Below, piece by piece: positions 53,586-63,745 of a stretch of DNA of 64,000 nucleotides; the stretch's first letter is position 1, and every line of letters starts with the position of its first letter. The position numbers and the translations under genes were made by a program. The notes under the pieces are model-generated. The model worked only from the letters and a program-made list of their open reading frames with translations, was not told the DNA's origin and did no database searches. The DNA lies in the NCBI GenBank assembly GCA_963787445.1, contig CAWBCT010000005.1, positions 1 to 64,000 on the forward strand, given 5' to 3'. The DNA is from an uncultured archaeon. GTDB taxonomy: Archaea; Micrarchaeota; Micrarchaeia; Micrarchaeales; CABMGC01.

Positions 53586-55223
53586 TCACGCCCCGGCCCC
53601 CTTGATGAATTGCACGGTCTGGTCGCGGCCGTAATAGCGACGAGCATAATAGGTGACGGTGTCCTTCAGGTACCGGCCGAGGCCGTCGAGCGTCACCTTG
53701 CCGTCGCCATTGCCATAAGGCTTCCTGGCGGCTTCGCCGCTCATGCCGAGCAGGAAATATTTGGTGAACAACCCGTCGCTGTCGTCGCGTTCCCAGCTCG
53801 CCATCTGATCGACCTTGCCCGCCGAGATCACCGTGAGATTGCGCGGCACCACGGGCGCGGTGGCCACCAGGCGGATCGGCGAGGCCTTGGGGATGACCGA
53901 ACCGTCGGGCGACAGTCCGGAGAAGCAGGCTTCGAGAACCAGGGTGACATGCTCGGCCGGCAGCTTGCCGAGATTGCTATAGAGCGTGCGCAGCGGGTAG
54001 CCGCTGAGTTCGAGGCTGGCCGCGTCGGCATCGGCGGGGACCAGATAGGGACTGCCATCGCGCTCGGCCGGCGGCGCGCCGTGACCGGCGTAATAGACGA
54101 AGACGCGGCTTACCGCGGGCTGAACGTAGTTATAGAGCTTGCCCTTGAACTCGCGGTCATTGCCGAACAATGTAACCATCTGGGCACCGGTGGCGTCCTT
54201 GACGAAGAGGATGTTCTCGTCGTGGATACCGAGCGCCTGCTTGACATAGAGCCTGATCCCTTCGGCATCGGCGTAGGCTGGGCGGACATCCGGGATATCC
54301 TTTCCGAATTTGCCGTAGTTGGCGTTGCCGATGATCACCGCGATATCGTTGGGGCGGTCCGGCCCCCTGGGAAAACTCACCGCCAGCGGCCGGTCGGGGA
54401 ATCGCGGCGGAGGCGGCACGGCGGACTGCGGCGGCGGCACTGCGACGCTGGCCATCGCGGCCGGCGGCCGTTGCAGCGGCGCGACGGAAACCGGCGACAA
54501 TGGGACGGCCGCGCTCGCCGGCAGCGGCGGCTCACCGGCCGGCGGAGCACCGACGACGGTCGTCGCCGGCATCGGCGCAGCCGCGCCGACATTCGAAAAG
54601 ACGACCTGGGTCGGTCGCGCCGCCGCGTTTTGCGCTGGTTGGAGATCGGGACGCAGCGCGAGCGCGGTGCGGTACTCCGCCTGCGCCTGATCGCGCCGGC
54701 CAAGATGGTCGAGGCTGACGCCGAGATTCTGATGGGCTTCAGCGTAATTGGGCCGGAGCGCCACGGCCTTTTCGAGGTCGGCGACCGAATTGTCGAACGA
54801 ACCAATGCGGCCAAGTTCGACACCGCGCCCCATATAGGCTTCGGCGAGATCGGGCCGGAGCGCGATGGCCTTGTTGTAGTCGGCGATGGCGTTGGCGTGC
54901 TGACCGCTCGCCGCATAGGCCGCGCCGCGATTGTTGAAGGCGACGGCATCATTGGGATCGAAAATGATCGCCTTGGTGGCGTCGTCGATCGCCCGGCCGT
55001 ACTGCCCCTTCGCCTGGAAGGCGATGGAGCGGATGCCATAGGCGCGCGCGAAGGCCGGGTCGATCCGTATCGCCTCGCTGGCGTACCAGATCGCGCCATC
55101 GACGTTGCTCGCGCGCAAGGCCTGCGCGGCGATCCGCAGATCGGTCCCGGCATCGACGGCGCCCGCGACTACTGGCGCCGTTCCCAGCAGCAGCGACAAG
55201 ACCGCAATTTCACCCAAGCGCAT
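53586..55223 (-). CDS. Exported TPR - Pro-rich linker - caspase-like (peptidase C14) protein
   Basis: Signal peptide, ~5 TPRs, AVIIGNANY, catalytic dyad VYYAGHG and VLEACFSG, GLFTKYFL.G..G.A. Confidence 0.9.
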   Translation of the reverse strand: MRLGEIAVLSLLLGTAPVVAGAVDAGTDLRIAAQALRASNVDGAIWYASEAIRIDPAFARAYGIRSIAFQAKGQYGRAIDDATKAIIFDPNDAVAFNNRGAAYAASGQHANAIADYNKAIALRPDLAEAYMGRGVELGRIGSFDNSVADLEKAVALRPNYAEAHQNLGVSLDHLGRRDQAQAEYRTALALRPDLQPAQNAAARPTQVVFSNVGAAAPMPATTVVGAPPAGEPPLPASAAVPLSPVSVAPLQRPPAAMASVAVPPPQSAVPPPPRFPDRPLAVSFPRGPDRPNDIAVIIGNANYGKFGKDIPDVRPAYADAEGIRLYVKQALGIHDENILFVKDATGAQMVTLFGNDREFKGKLYNYVQPAVSRVFVYYAGHGAPPAERDGSPYLVPADADAASLELSGYPLRTLYSNLGKLPAEHVTLVLEACFSGLSPDGSVIPKASPIRLVATAPVVPRNLTVISAGKVDQMASWERDDSDGLFTKYFLLGMSGEAARKPYGNGDGKVTLDGLGRYLKDTVTYYARRYYGRDQTVQFIKGAGA

Positions 55224-55275
55224 GGGTCACCCCCACCCTTGTGCCCCCTCCCTCAGCGAGGGGCGTTGGCGCGTC

Positions 55276-55938
55276 TCATTGTGACGGCGCGTCCGGGGCC
55301 GCATCCGGGGCCGCCTTCTGGTCGCGGGAATTCTGGATGTCCCGTTCGAGATCCTCGAAGGCTTTCGAAGCGCGCAGCCGCGTCTCGAGCTGCGGATCCT
55401 GTTTGACCCGGTCGGTGAGTTCGCGATTGGCCTGCTCCATTGAATATTCGAGCAGCACATAGGCGCGATACTGGGTCCCCTCGGGAACGATCTTCGACTG
55501 AACCTGATGATAGCCCGAGACGTTGACCTCGTTGATCACATCGGTGGTCACGTTCTCGACTTCCTTGGTGAGCACCGCGTCGGTCGGGCCCGGGCCGCTC
55601 TCGGAGACGTATTGCTTCAGCTTGCCCGACAGCAATCCCTTGAGCGAATCGGCCAGCGTGCGCTTTGCCGCCATGTTGGATTCGTCGACCGCGAGCTGGA
55701 GGTCGTTCGAGGTGGCGGTTCCCGGCGCGTAGAGCTTTTGCGCATCCTGGGGCGGCTTGACGAACCAGTCGGGCGCCTCGGCGACCACCGATTTCACCTC
55801 GACCTTGGTCTCCTTTTGCTTTTCCTGCTGCTCGAACGCCGCGGCCTCGGGCGTGCCGGGCTTCGGCGTGTCGGCACAGGCGGCGACGACCGCGACCGCC
55901 AGCGACATTACGGCCAGGCGGGGAATCACGCTTCTCAT
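55276..55938 (-). CDS. LPP20-like lipoprotein
   Basis: Lipobox VAAC, APDWF, G.ATS.DLQLA...AKRTLA, YRAYVLL, KAFEDLE. Confidence 0.75.
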   Translation of the reverse strand: MRSVIPRLAVMSLAVAVVAACADTPKPGTPEAAAFEQQEKQKETKVEVKSVVAEAPDWFVKPPQDAQKLYAPGTATSNDLQLAVDESNMAAKRTLADSLKGLLSGKLKQYVSESGPGPTDAVLTKEVENVTTDVINEVNVSGYHQVQSKIVPEGTQYRAYVLLEYSMEQANRELTDRVKQDPQLETRLRASKAFEDLERDIQNSRDQKAAPDAAPDAPSQ

Positions 55939-57395
55939 GATTGGTCTCCCTTGTTGCCGAGCGCCGACAGGGCGCTCTCCAGAGTTTCGATATGGGCGTT
56001 CGGTTCCGGCTGCCGGCCGGACAGTTCCTTGAGATTGGCCAGCGCCTTGCCGGCCTGGCCGTAGTTCTTGGCCTTCAGATAGGCCAGTCCGGCCCGATAG
56101 AAGGAGTCGGCGGCGCCCGCGTCGTCGCCTTTGTTGTAGAGCAGGACACCGGTGTTATAGAGCGCGTAGGCGTCGGTATGATCGGCTTCGATCGCCATGC
56201 GGTAGGCGGCGAGCGAGCGCTCGCTGTCGTTCTTCAGGCCGTTCACATAGCCGAGCGCATTGAGATAGCCGGCGTTACCGCCGTCGATTGCCACCGCCTT
56301 GAGGATCGGCGCCTCGGCCTCGTCGACCTTGCCAAGCTTGATGAGCATGCGTCCCCGAGCGAACTGCGCGGGACCGCTGCGATCGTCGAGGGCGGCGGCG
56401 ACCTCGGCGCGCGTCAAGGCGCCGGAATAATCACCACGCGCGGCGAGATAGTCGGCATAGCGAACTTCGTCTTCGGCGCGGAACGGGGTGGTGCTGATCA
56501 AGGCGTCGAGCAGCGGCCCCTGTGCGTCGTCGCCGAAGGTCCGCTTGTCGACCGCGGTCAACACAAGGGCGTGCCGTTCGTCGGCCGGCAGATCGGCGAG
56601 CGCATTGAGAAAGGTCTGGTAATCGACCAGGTGCGCCGGCTCGGGCGCCGGCGGCACGGTTTCGACCGACGCGGCCGGCGCGACGGGCGGCGCAGGCGGA
56701 TCGTCGAGCGCGACGATGGCGTCGTCGGGAATCGTGCCGACGAGGCGGCGGGCGAGGTCGTCGGTGACGCGGAAGGTCTGCTCGTCCTGCACATTGGTCG
56801 CCGCGTCGAGCGCGCCCATGGCCAGGCTGATCGGGTCTACCGGCACCCCACCGCCGTGAATGGCCGCGACATGCTGGCCTTCCCACAGCACGGCGCCGTC
56901 GGCGGCCCGCACCAGCTTGAGATCGGCGCCAACGGCGACGCGGGAATAGATGCCGTAATAATGGGAGCTCACCTCGGTCACCCGCCCGGTGATGAGCGCC
57001 TCGCAGCCCAGGCGCTCGCCGACCAGGACGAGATTGCCGCGGTCCGCGGGTTCCATCTGGTCGAGGATGAAGTCCACCCGCGCCAGCTTTTCGACGCGCC
57101 GGCCCTGCGGCGCCAGGTGGGCGTAGATCGCCTTGCGCACCGCGTCGAGTTGTTCAGGCGGTATCGTATCCGCCTTTTCACCCTTCTTGCCCGGCGCGGG
57201 TCCGTCGAGCGGCATGACGGCAATGCAGGCGGGCGGTGACGCCCTATAGGCGTCGTGGACCTGGAACACCACTTCGTTGAACCCGGTGGAGGGCAATGCG
57301 GAGGATTTGCTTTTGTCGATATAGGTGGGCGCGACACAGGCGGCCGGCAGCCCAAGCGCGATCGCGGCGACGCAGACGATCCGGCGCCAGATCAT
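55935..57395 (-). CDS. GNA1162/DUF799-like lipoprotein with C-terminal TPRs
   Basis: Lipobox-like PAAC, CIAVMPL, LGCEALITGRV, V.ADLKLVRAADGAVLWEG, then TPRs. ATG at 57395. Confidence 0.75.
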   Translation of the reverse strand: MIWRRIVCVAAIALGLPAACVAPTYIDKSKSSALPSTGFNEVVFQVHDAYRASPPACIAVMPLDGPAPGKKGEKADTIPPEQLDAVRKAIYAHLAPQGRRVEKLARVDFILDQMEPADRGNLVLVGERLGCEALITGRVTEVSSHYYGIYSRVAVGADLKLVRAADGAVLWEGQHVAAIHGGGVPVDPISLAMGALDAATNVQDEQTFRVTDDLARRLVGTIPDDAIVALDDPPAPPVAPAASVETVPPAPEPAHLVDYQTFLNALADLPADERHALVLTAVDKRTFGDDAQGPLLDALISTTPFRAEDEVRYADYLAARGDYSGALTRAEVAAALDDRSGPAQFARGRMLIKLGKVDEAEAPILKAVAIDGGNAGYLNALGYVNGLKNDSERSLAAYRMAIEADHTDAYALYNTGVLLYNKGDDAGAADSFYRAGLAYLKAKNYGQAGKALANLKELSGRQPEPNAHIETLESALSALGNKGDQS

Positions 57396-58209
57396 TGATC
57401 CCCCCTGACGATATTGTAGGCCGCGCGCACGATGCGGCTGTCGGCGCGCGACAATTCGAGCAGGCGCGCATGGAAATCGTCGAAACTGTAGGCCGGCAGG
57501 AAGGCCACCGGATCGCGGGTCGCCACCACCATCAGATATTCGTCGACGATCCTGCGCGCGGCCGGCATGCCCTCGGGGAATTCGACCCTCATCGCGTAGT
57601 GCTCGCCGCCCGTCTCCGTGGGAACGATGATCGGCGCGTCGATTCGCCGCTCGGGATCGTACTGGTTGGGAAAGATGCGGGTGATCTGTTCGCTGCCCGT
57701 GGCATAGGGCAGCCATTGGAAGATCGCCACCGCCATCGGCTTGGTCGGCGACAGGCCGATGCGCATCCGTTCCCCGTCGCGAAACACGGAAGCGTTCGGC
57801 GTCACCCCGATATCGAAGGCCGGATCGGGCTTGCCCGCCGGGACGACGACATCGGCCTCCATGCTGACCGAGCATTTGTGGAAGCCTTCGATCTCGGGAG
57901 CCACCGATTTCTGCAGATTGCGCACCGCGCGGACATCGCCGTCCAGCATGGTCCAGACCGAGGAGTTGAGGCGCAGGCGGCTTTGCCGCCTTGATCGGTG
58001 CAGCGCATCATCTGTTCGGACGACAGGTTTTCGCCGGTGACCTGGCGCACCGCATCTTCTTTCGCCCGTTCCTCGGCGGCGCGGCAGGCCTCGGCTTCGG
58101 AAATATCCGCGGGATAACGATATTCGCCCGCCGCCTTCACCCAATCGGCCCGTGCCGACATAGGTGCCATCGTCAGCAGCAGACAGAGCAGGCTGGCGGC
58201 CGTTTTCAT
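57392..58209 (-). CDS. Exported DUF4384 protein with FlgT-N/LPP20-like N-terminal domain; frameshift near 57970
   Basis: Signal peptide, WVKAAGEY...EACRAAEERAKEDAVRQVTG, then FRDGERMRI...IFPNQY...EYLMVVAT. Confidence 0.7.
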
Positions 58210-59908
58210 TTTTGCGCCGCCACGAGAACGACGCGGGGCAGCATCAGCTCATACAGGTCCTCGAGGTTCATCTCGGCGCCGCGCACCGACGGCGCGGCGG
58301 CGTCGCGGCCGAGGAAATGAAGGATGCGGTCCGCCTTGATGCCGATATTCATATCCTCAACCAGAAATCCGCTTTTGCGGTAGATATCCGCGGCGTCGGT
58401 CTGCCCGACGGTGATCCCCATCAACCGGCCCTGGCGATCGAACACCGGCCCGCCGGAATTGCCCTTGTTGATCTTGGTGGTCATCTGAAACGTCTTGGGA
58501 TCATTGCTGAGACCGGTGATCTTGGCGACGATGCCCTCGGTCAGCGCCGGCTGATCGTCGCCGAGGAGGTCGACCAGCGGAAAACCCATGACCACCGCCG
58601 AACGGCCCGGTGCCGGATCGACCATGTCGGAGAACTGGACCACCGCGCCCTCGGGGTAGGGCGATTCGATCTCGAGCAGCGCCAGATCGTCCTCGCGCGA
58701 CACCTTGACGACGCGCGCCTGACGGACATGGCCGGTTCCGTTGCGCGCGTAGATCACGCCCATGCCCTCGATGACATGGCGGTTGGTGACGATGAGCCGC
58801 CCGCCCTCGAGCACGATCCCGCTGCCGGAGAGGTAGGTCGAACCCGGCGCGAACGGCAGCGGCTCGGGATTGGCCAGGGTGTCGTTGGGAGCCGCCGTCG
58901 CCAGCGGTGGCGGCACCGTCGACGGCGTGGGCTGTTCCGGAGGCCGCACCGCCTCGATCTGATTGGGCGCCAGTTCCGTGGTCGGCACCGCCGGCCGTGG
59001 AGAGGCGAGCGGCGGCGGCGGTTCGTTCGACGGCGGCGCAACCGGGCGCGGCACGGCGAGCGGGCCGGGAGTCGCAGGAGCCACGAGAAGCGGCGCGGAG
59101 GCTTCCTTCTGCGTGGCCCGGGCCTGCCGTTCCAGACTGCCGTCGGCGTCGACCGCCTTGATCCATATGGCCATCGCGGTGGCGCGACCGGTCTGTCCAG
59201 CCGTCAGATAGAGTTCTCCCGCCGCGATTCGCGCGCGCACCGACTTCGACCTTGCGCCCGGCCGCCCAGAGGAGGCCGCCCAGCGCGTCCTGTGTCGCCG
59301 CCGAGTTCGGGATGCGCATTGGCGAATTCCTGCAACGCGCCGATGCCGGCCTCGGGCCCTTGCCGCGCCGTGCGGAAACGAGCGGTGGCGATCGCCAAGC
59401 CGTCGTCGTCGGGGTGAGTTTTTCCGAGCTTCAACAACCGGGCCATAGCCTCCTTGGCGTGCCCGTTACGACTGTCCACCTGCGCCAGCACCAGTTCGGC
59501 GGCGGCAAGGTCGGGATCGGTCCTCAACGCGGTCAGGACGTCGAGGCGCGCCTGCGCGACCTTTCCCAAGGCCAATTTGGCTTCGCCCATATAAAGATCG
59601 GCCACGGCCTCGCGATCGAGCGAAGCCGTCGACGCCTTTTCGAACAAGGCGAGCGCCTGGGCGGATTGGCCCTGGGCGAGCGCGATGCGCCCGCGCAGGA
59701 TATCGGCTTGCGCTGTGGCAGCGCGGCCCTCGGGCGCGATGTCGTTGAGAAGTTCGCTTGCCTGCTCATATTGCTCGGCGTCGATCAGGCCCTCGACAAG
59801 CTGGAGGGACGGCTTGATCGAGTCGGCCCGCAAAATCGGCACACCAAAAACTATGGCAATCGCCACGGTGGCCACGAAAAGGAATGCCAACCTCATTCCC
59901 AAACGCAT
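58206..59908 (-). CDS. Exported TPR - Pro-rich linker - trypsin-like serine protease; two indels near 59245-59310
   Basis: Signal peptide and TPRs (ORF 59204-60019) continue into ORF 58206-59240, which has GSGIV, TNRHVI, DDLALL and NKGNSGGP (H-D-S triad). Confidence 0.88.
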
Positions 59909-60078
59909 CCCGGATACTCCGGTACCCCAGAGAAACATTACGCCGCTCGCGACGACTTGGCGATTCTTGGGGAGAAGAATTCGTGTTTCACACTGTAACA
60001 GCGGCAAGCTGAGCAACAACCGCGACTAGGCAATAAATGCCGGGCCGGCGCTCCGATTGCGCGTTCGCGAAGGCGCTA

Positions 60079-61116
60079 CTACTTAGGTGAGGCTCCGGAG
60101 CCGCCGCCGGTGGCAAGGGCGACGAAACGCTTGCCCGATCCCGGACCGACCATCACCACGATCATCAGGAACACGCCGCGGACGACCGATTGCCAGTAAG
60201 CACTCAGGCTGATCCAGCCCATGCCATTCTCGAAGTTGAGAACGTTGAAGATCAGTCCCAGCAACATGACGCCCGCGAGCGTGGTGGCAACCGAACCGAC
60301 GCCACCGGTCAGCAGCGTGCCACCGACGACGACGGCGGCGATGGAGAACAATTCCCAGCCGACGCCCTCGGCGGGCTGGCCGGCACCGAACTGCGCGGCC
60401 AGGATCACGCCCGCCAAACCGGCGAAGGCGCCGGACTGCACATAGGTCAGGAACTTGACGCGGTCGACCGGCAGGCCCATCAGCCGGGCGGCTTCCTCGT
60501 TGCCGCCGATCGCCAGGATATGGCGGCCGAAGGCGGTGCGGTTGAGCACGATTGATCCATAAATATAGGCGGCCAGGGCGATCCAACCGGGGACGGGAAA
60601 GCCGAGCAGGTCACCCTGGCCCAAATCGGTGAAGCCCGATTCGTAGGACACGGATACGGACTGATTGTGCGCGAGCAGCAAAGCGGTTCCGCTCGCCACC
60701 AGCATACCCGACAGCGTGGCGATGAAGGGCAGGATTTTCATCCGGGTGACGAGGAAGCCGTTGATGGCGCCGACGACGAGGCCCGCGGCCAGTCCGCTGA
60801 GCAGGCCCGGCACGATGCCCCAGGGCGAAAGCGTCGCCGAGACCACGCTGGCCAGGGCGGCGGTAGTGCCGACCGACAGATCGATGCCGCCGGTCATGAT
60901 GACGAAGCACATGCCCAGCCCGGTGAGCGCGAACATCGAGTTGTAGCGCAGCACGCTCAGCACATTGAACAGGCCGAGAAAATGATCGTAGCGCAGCGCG
61001 CCGAACAGGATCAGCAGCACCAGCGCGATCAGCACGCGCTGCTGGCCGAGCCAGTAGGAGGCGCGCGAGGCGGAGAAGGACGACGCCGAGGCGGCGACGG
61101 GCTCGCTGTCGGTCAT
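60079..61116 (-). CDS. yjfF: Sugar ABC permease (YjfF-like)
   Basis: TGGIDLSVG, PFIATL, FGRHILAIGGNEEAARLMG, IAAVVVGGTLLTGG. Confidence 0.8.
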   Translation of the reverse strand: MTDSEPVAASASSFSASRASYWLGQQRVLIALVLLILFGALRYDHFLGLFNVLSVLRYNSMFALTGLGMCFVIMTGGIDLSVGTTAALASVVSATLSPWGIVPGLLSGLAAGLVVGAINGFLVTRMKILPFIATLSGMLVASGTALLLAHNQSVSVSYESGFTDLGQGDLLGFPVPGWIALAAYIYGSIVLNRTAFGRHILAIGGNEEAARLMGLPVDRVKFLTYVQSGAFAGLAGVILAAQFGAGQPAEGVGWELFSIAAVVVGGTLLTGGVGSVATTLAGVMLLGLIFNVLNFENGMGWISLSAYWQSVVRGVFLMIVVMVGPGSGKRFVALATGGGSGASPK

Positions 61117-62108
61117 GTCTGGCTCCGCCGCTGCGACCACACCGCGATGGCGATGATGGCGCCCTTGACCACCAGGGCCGCGGCATCGGGAACGCCGTTG
61201 GCGAGCAGGGTGTAGCGCAGAAGCTGTATGATCAGGGCGCCGAGCAAGGAGCCGACCACCGTCGCCTGCCCGCCGGTGAAGGGGGTTCCACCCACCGATA
61301 CCGCGGCGATGGCGTCGAGCTCCATGCCGAGCCCGACCAGATTGGCGTCGCTGGAGGAATTGATCGACACCACGACCAACCCGGCGACGCCGGCGCACAA
61401 GCCGCTGATCGCGTAGACCATCAACTTGACCCGGGCGACGGGAATGCCCGCCAGCCGCGCGGCCTTCTCATTGCCCCCCACGGCCAGGATCTGACGCCCG
61501 AACAGGGTGCGCCGGAGCATCCAGGCCGCCAGGGCCACCAGGGCCAGCATGACCAGCACCTGGCAAGGGATGCCGAGGATGCGACCGAGCCCGATGAACT
61601 GGAAGGGCGGGTTCTTGAACACCTGAAGATTGCCGTTGGTCATCACCTGTCCGATACCTCGTCCGGCGATGAACATGACCAAGGTTCCGACGATCGGCTG
61701 GATGCGGAATCGGGTGATGAACCAGCCGTTGAACAGGCCGAACGACCCCGCCACCAGAACCGGGACGATGAAGGCCAGCACGATGCCGATGACGGTATGA
61801 CTGCGCCCGAAGGGACTGAGGAAGATCAGCGGCGCGAGCGCGCCCGAGATCGCCATCAGCGAGCCCACCGACAGATCGATGCCGCCGGTCGCGATCACCA
61901 GGGTCATGCCGACCGAGACGATGACGATGGTCGCGACCTGGGTCAGGTTGACGTTGAGCGTCTGCCAGGTGGCGAAATGCGGGGTCACCGCGAAGTTGAA
62001 GGCGAGCAGCACGACCAGCGCGGTCACCGCGGCATAGCGGCGCAGGAATTGGCCGACGACGTTCCGCTTCTCGGTCTGCGCCGCCGACGGGATGACCGCG
62101 TCAGCCAT
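61113..62108 (-). CDS. ytfT: Sugar ABC permease (YtfT-like)
   Basis: GMTLVIATGGIDLSVG, IQPIVGTL, SSDAN.VGLGMELDAIAAV. Confidence 0.8.
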   Translation of the reverse strand: MADAVIPSAAQTEKRNVVGQFLRRYAAVTALVVLLAFNFAVTPHFATWQTLNVNLTQVATIVIVSVGMTLVIATGGIDLSVGSLMAISGALAPLIFLSPFGRSHTVIGIVLAFIVPVLVAGSFGLFNGWFITRFRIQPIVGTLVMFIAGRGIGQVMTNGNLQVFKNPPFQFIGLGRILGIPCQVLVMLALVALAAWMLRRTLFGRQILAVGGNEKAARLAGIPVARVKLMVYAISGLCAGVAGLVVVSINSSSDANLVGLGMELDAIAAVSVGGTPFTGGQATVVGSLLGALIIQLLRYTLLANGVPDAAALVVKGAIIAIAVWSQRRSQT

Positions 62109-63645
62109 GACGTTCCCCGGCCGCGAGGGCGCCATCCGTGCCATGGGCCATCGCCGCCATGATGCGCGGCTCGGTCACCTCGGCGCGGGCCAGGTCGGCG
62201 ACGGTCTGGCCGTCGCTGAGCACGAACACACGGTCGGAGCCCTCGAGAATCTCCTCGAGTTCCGACGAGATCATCAACACGCCCAGCCCCTGGTCGGCGA
62301 GTTCCTTGATCAGCGATTGGATCTCGGCCTTGGCGCCGACATCGATGCCGCGCGTCGGTTCGTCGAGGATCAGAAGCTTCGGATCGGTGCACAGCCAGCG
62401 CGCCAGCAGCACCTTCTGCTGATTGCCGCCCGACAGTTCCCGGACCTTCTGCTCGGGGCTCGAGGTCTTGATCGACAGCCGCGCGATGAATCGGTCGACG
62501 ATCTCGCTCTGGCGCTTCTCGTCGACGACGCCGGCCCTGGTCAGGCGCGGCAGCAGGGCCAGCGTGATGTTCTCGCGCACAGACATGTCCGGCACGATGC
62601 CCTCGATCTTGCGGTCCTCGGTGCAGAAGCCAACGCCCAGCGCGATCGCCTCGGCCGGCTGCCGCGGCGCCACGGCGGCGCCCATCAAGCGGATCGAGCC
62701 GGCGTCGGGCGGATCGGCGCCGAACACGGCGCGCGCCACCTCGGTGCGGCCCGAACCGAGCAGACCGGCAAGGCCGACGATCTGGCCGGCGCGAACCTCG
62801 ACACGGGCGCCGCGCAGCCGCCGGCCGAGATGGAGCCCCTGGGCGGCCAGCAGTTCGTCGCCGGCCCGGCCTGAGGCGCCGTGGAATCCGGTGGAGCGTT
62901 CGCGGACGGCGTCAAGGTCGCGACCCAGCATGGTGGCGACCAGATGCAGCTTGTCGACATCGGCGATGCGGTTGACGGCCACGGTGCGGCCGTCGCGCAT
63001 CACCGTGACCCGGTCGCAGACCTGATACAGCTCGTCGAGCCGGTGGCTGATGAAGATCACGGCGACGCCCTCGCCCTTCAGCTGGCGGATGACATCGAAC
63101 AGGACGGCGACTTCGCGGTCGTCGAGCGACGAGGTCGGCTCGTCCATGATGACCAGGCGCGCCTTGAAGGACACGGCGCGCGCGATGGCCACCATCTGCT
63201 GGATCGCGGTGCTGAATTCCATCAGCGGTCGCCGCACGTCGATCTCGATGGCGAATCGGCGCAGCAACTGCGCGGATTCCCGGTTCATCCGCCGCCAGTC
63301 GAGCAATCCATAGCGGCGCTCCTCGCGCCCGAGAAAGATGTTCTCGGCCACCGAACGATAGGGGATCAGGTTGATCTCCTGGTAGATGGTGCTGATGCCG
63401 CCCTGCTGCGCATCCTGCGGGGAGGCGAATGCGACTTCTTTCCCGGCGAAGACGATGGTGCCGGCGTCCTTGTGGTGGGCGCCGGTGAGAACCTTGATGA
63501 GCGTCGATTTGCCCGCGCCGTTCTGGCCGACCAGGGCCATCACCTCGCCGGGTTCGACCTCGAGTCCGGCGGCGTACAGTGCCTGCACGCCTTGGAATCG
63601 CTTGTCGATGCCGCGCATCACGAGAAGCGGTGAGGAAGAAGCCAT
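62101..63645 (-). CDS. ytfR: Sugar ABC ATP-binding protein with tandem ATPase domains (YtfR-like)
   Basis: GQNGAGKSTL, MDEPTSSL, GLLGSGRTE, LSGGNQQKV, DEPTRGIDVGAK. Confidence 0.85.
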   Translation of the reverse strand: MASSSPLLVMRGIDKRFQGVQALYAAGLEVEPGEVMALVGQNGAGKSTLIKVLTGAHHKDAGTIVFAGKEVAFASPQDAQQGGISTIYQEINLIPYRSVAENIFLGREERRYGLLDWRRMNRESAQLLRRFAIEIDVRRPLMEFSTAIQQMVAIARAVSFKARLVIMDEPTSSLDDREVAVLFDVIRQLKGEGVAVIFISHRLDELYQVCDRVTVMRDGRTVAVNRIADVDKLHLVATMLGRDLDAVRERSTGFHGASGRAGDELLAAQGLHLGRRLRGARVEVRAGQIVGLAGLLGSGRTEVARAVFGADPPDAGSIRLMGAAVAPRQPAEAIALGVGFCTEDRKIEGIVPDMSVRENITLALLPRLTRAGVVDEKRQSEIVDRFIARLSIKTSSPEQKVRELSGGNQQKVLLARWLCTDPKLLILDEPTRGIDVGAKAEIQSLIKELADQGLGVLMISSELEEILEGSDRVFVLSDGQTVADLARAEVTEPRIMAAMAHGTDGALAAGERHG

Positions 63646-63670
63646 CGGACCTGCGAACCGGTTTACGGCA

Positions 63671-63731
63671 CTCCCCTCCCTGGAGCCCCTCTCGCCCGGA
63701 GGCGAGGCGAGAGGGGCCTTGGCAGGGGAGG
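63671..63731. repeat. Intergenic hairpin related to the REP-like elements
   Basis: ctcccct...gcccctctcgcc / ggcgagaggggc...aggggag. Confidence 0.65.
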
Positions 63732-63745
63732 TTATCTAGGCACAG

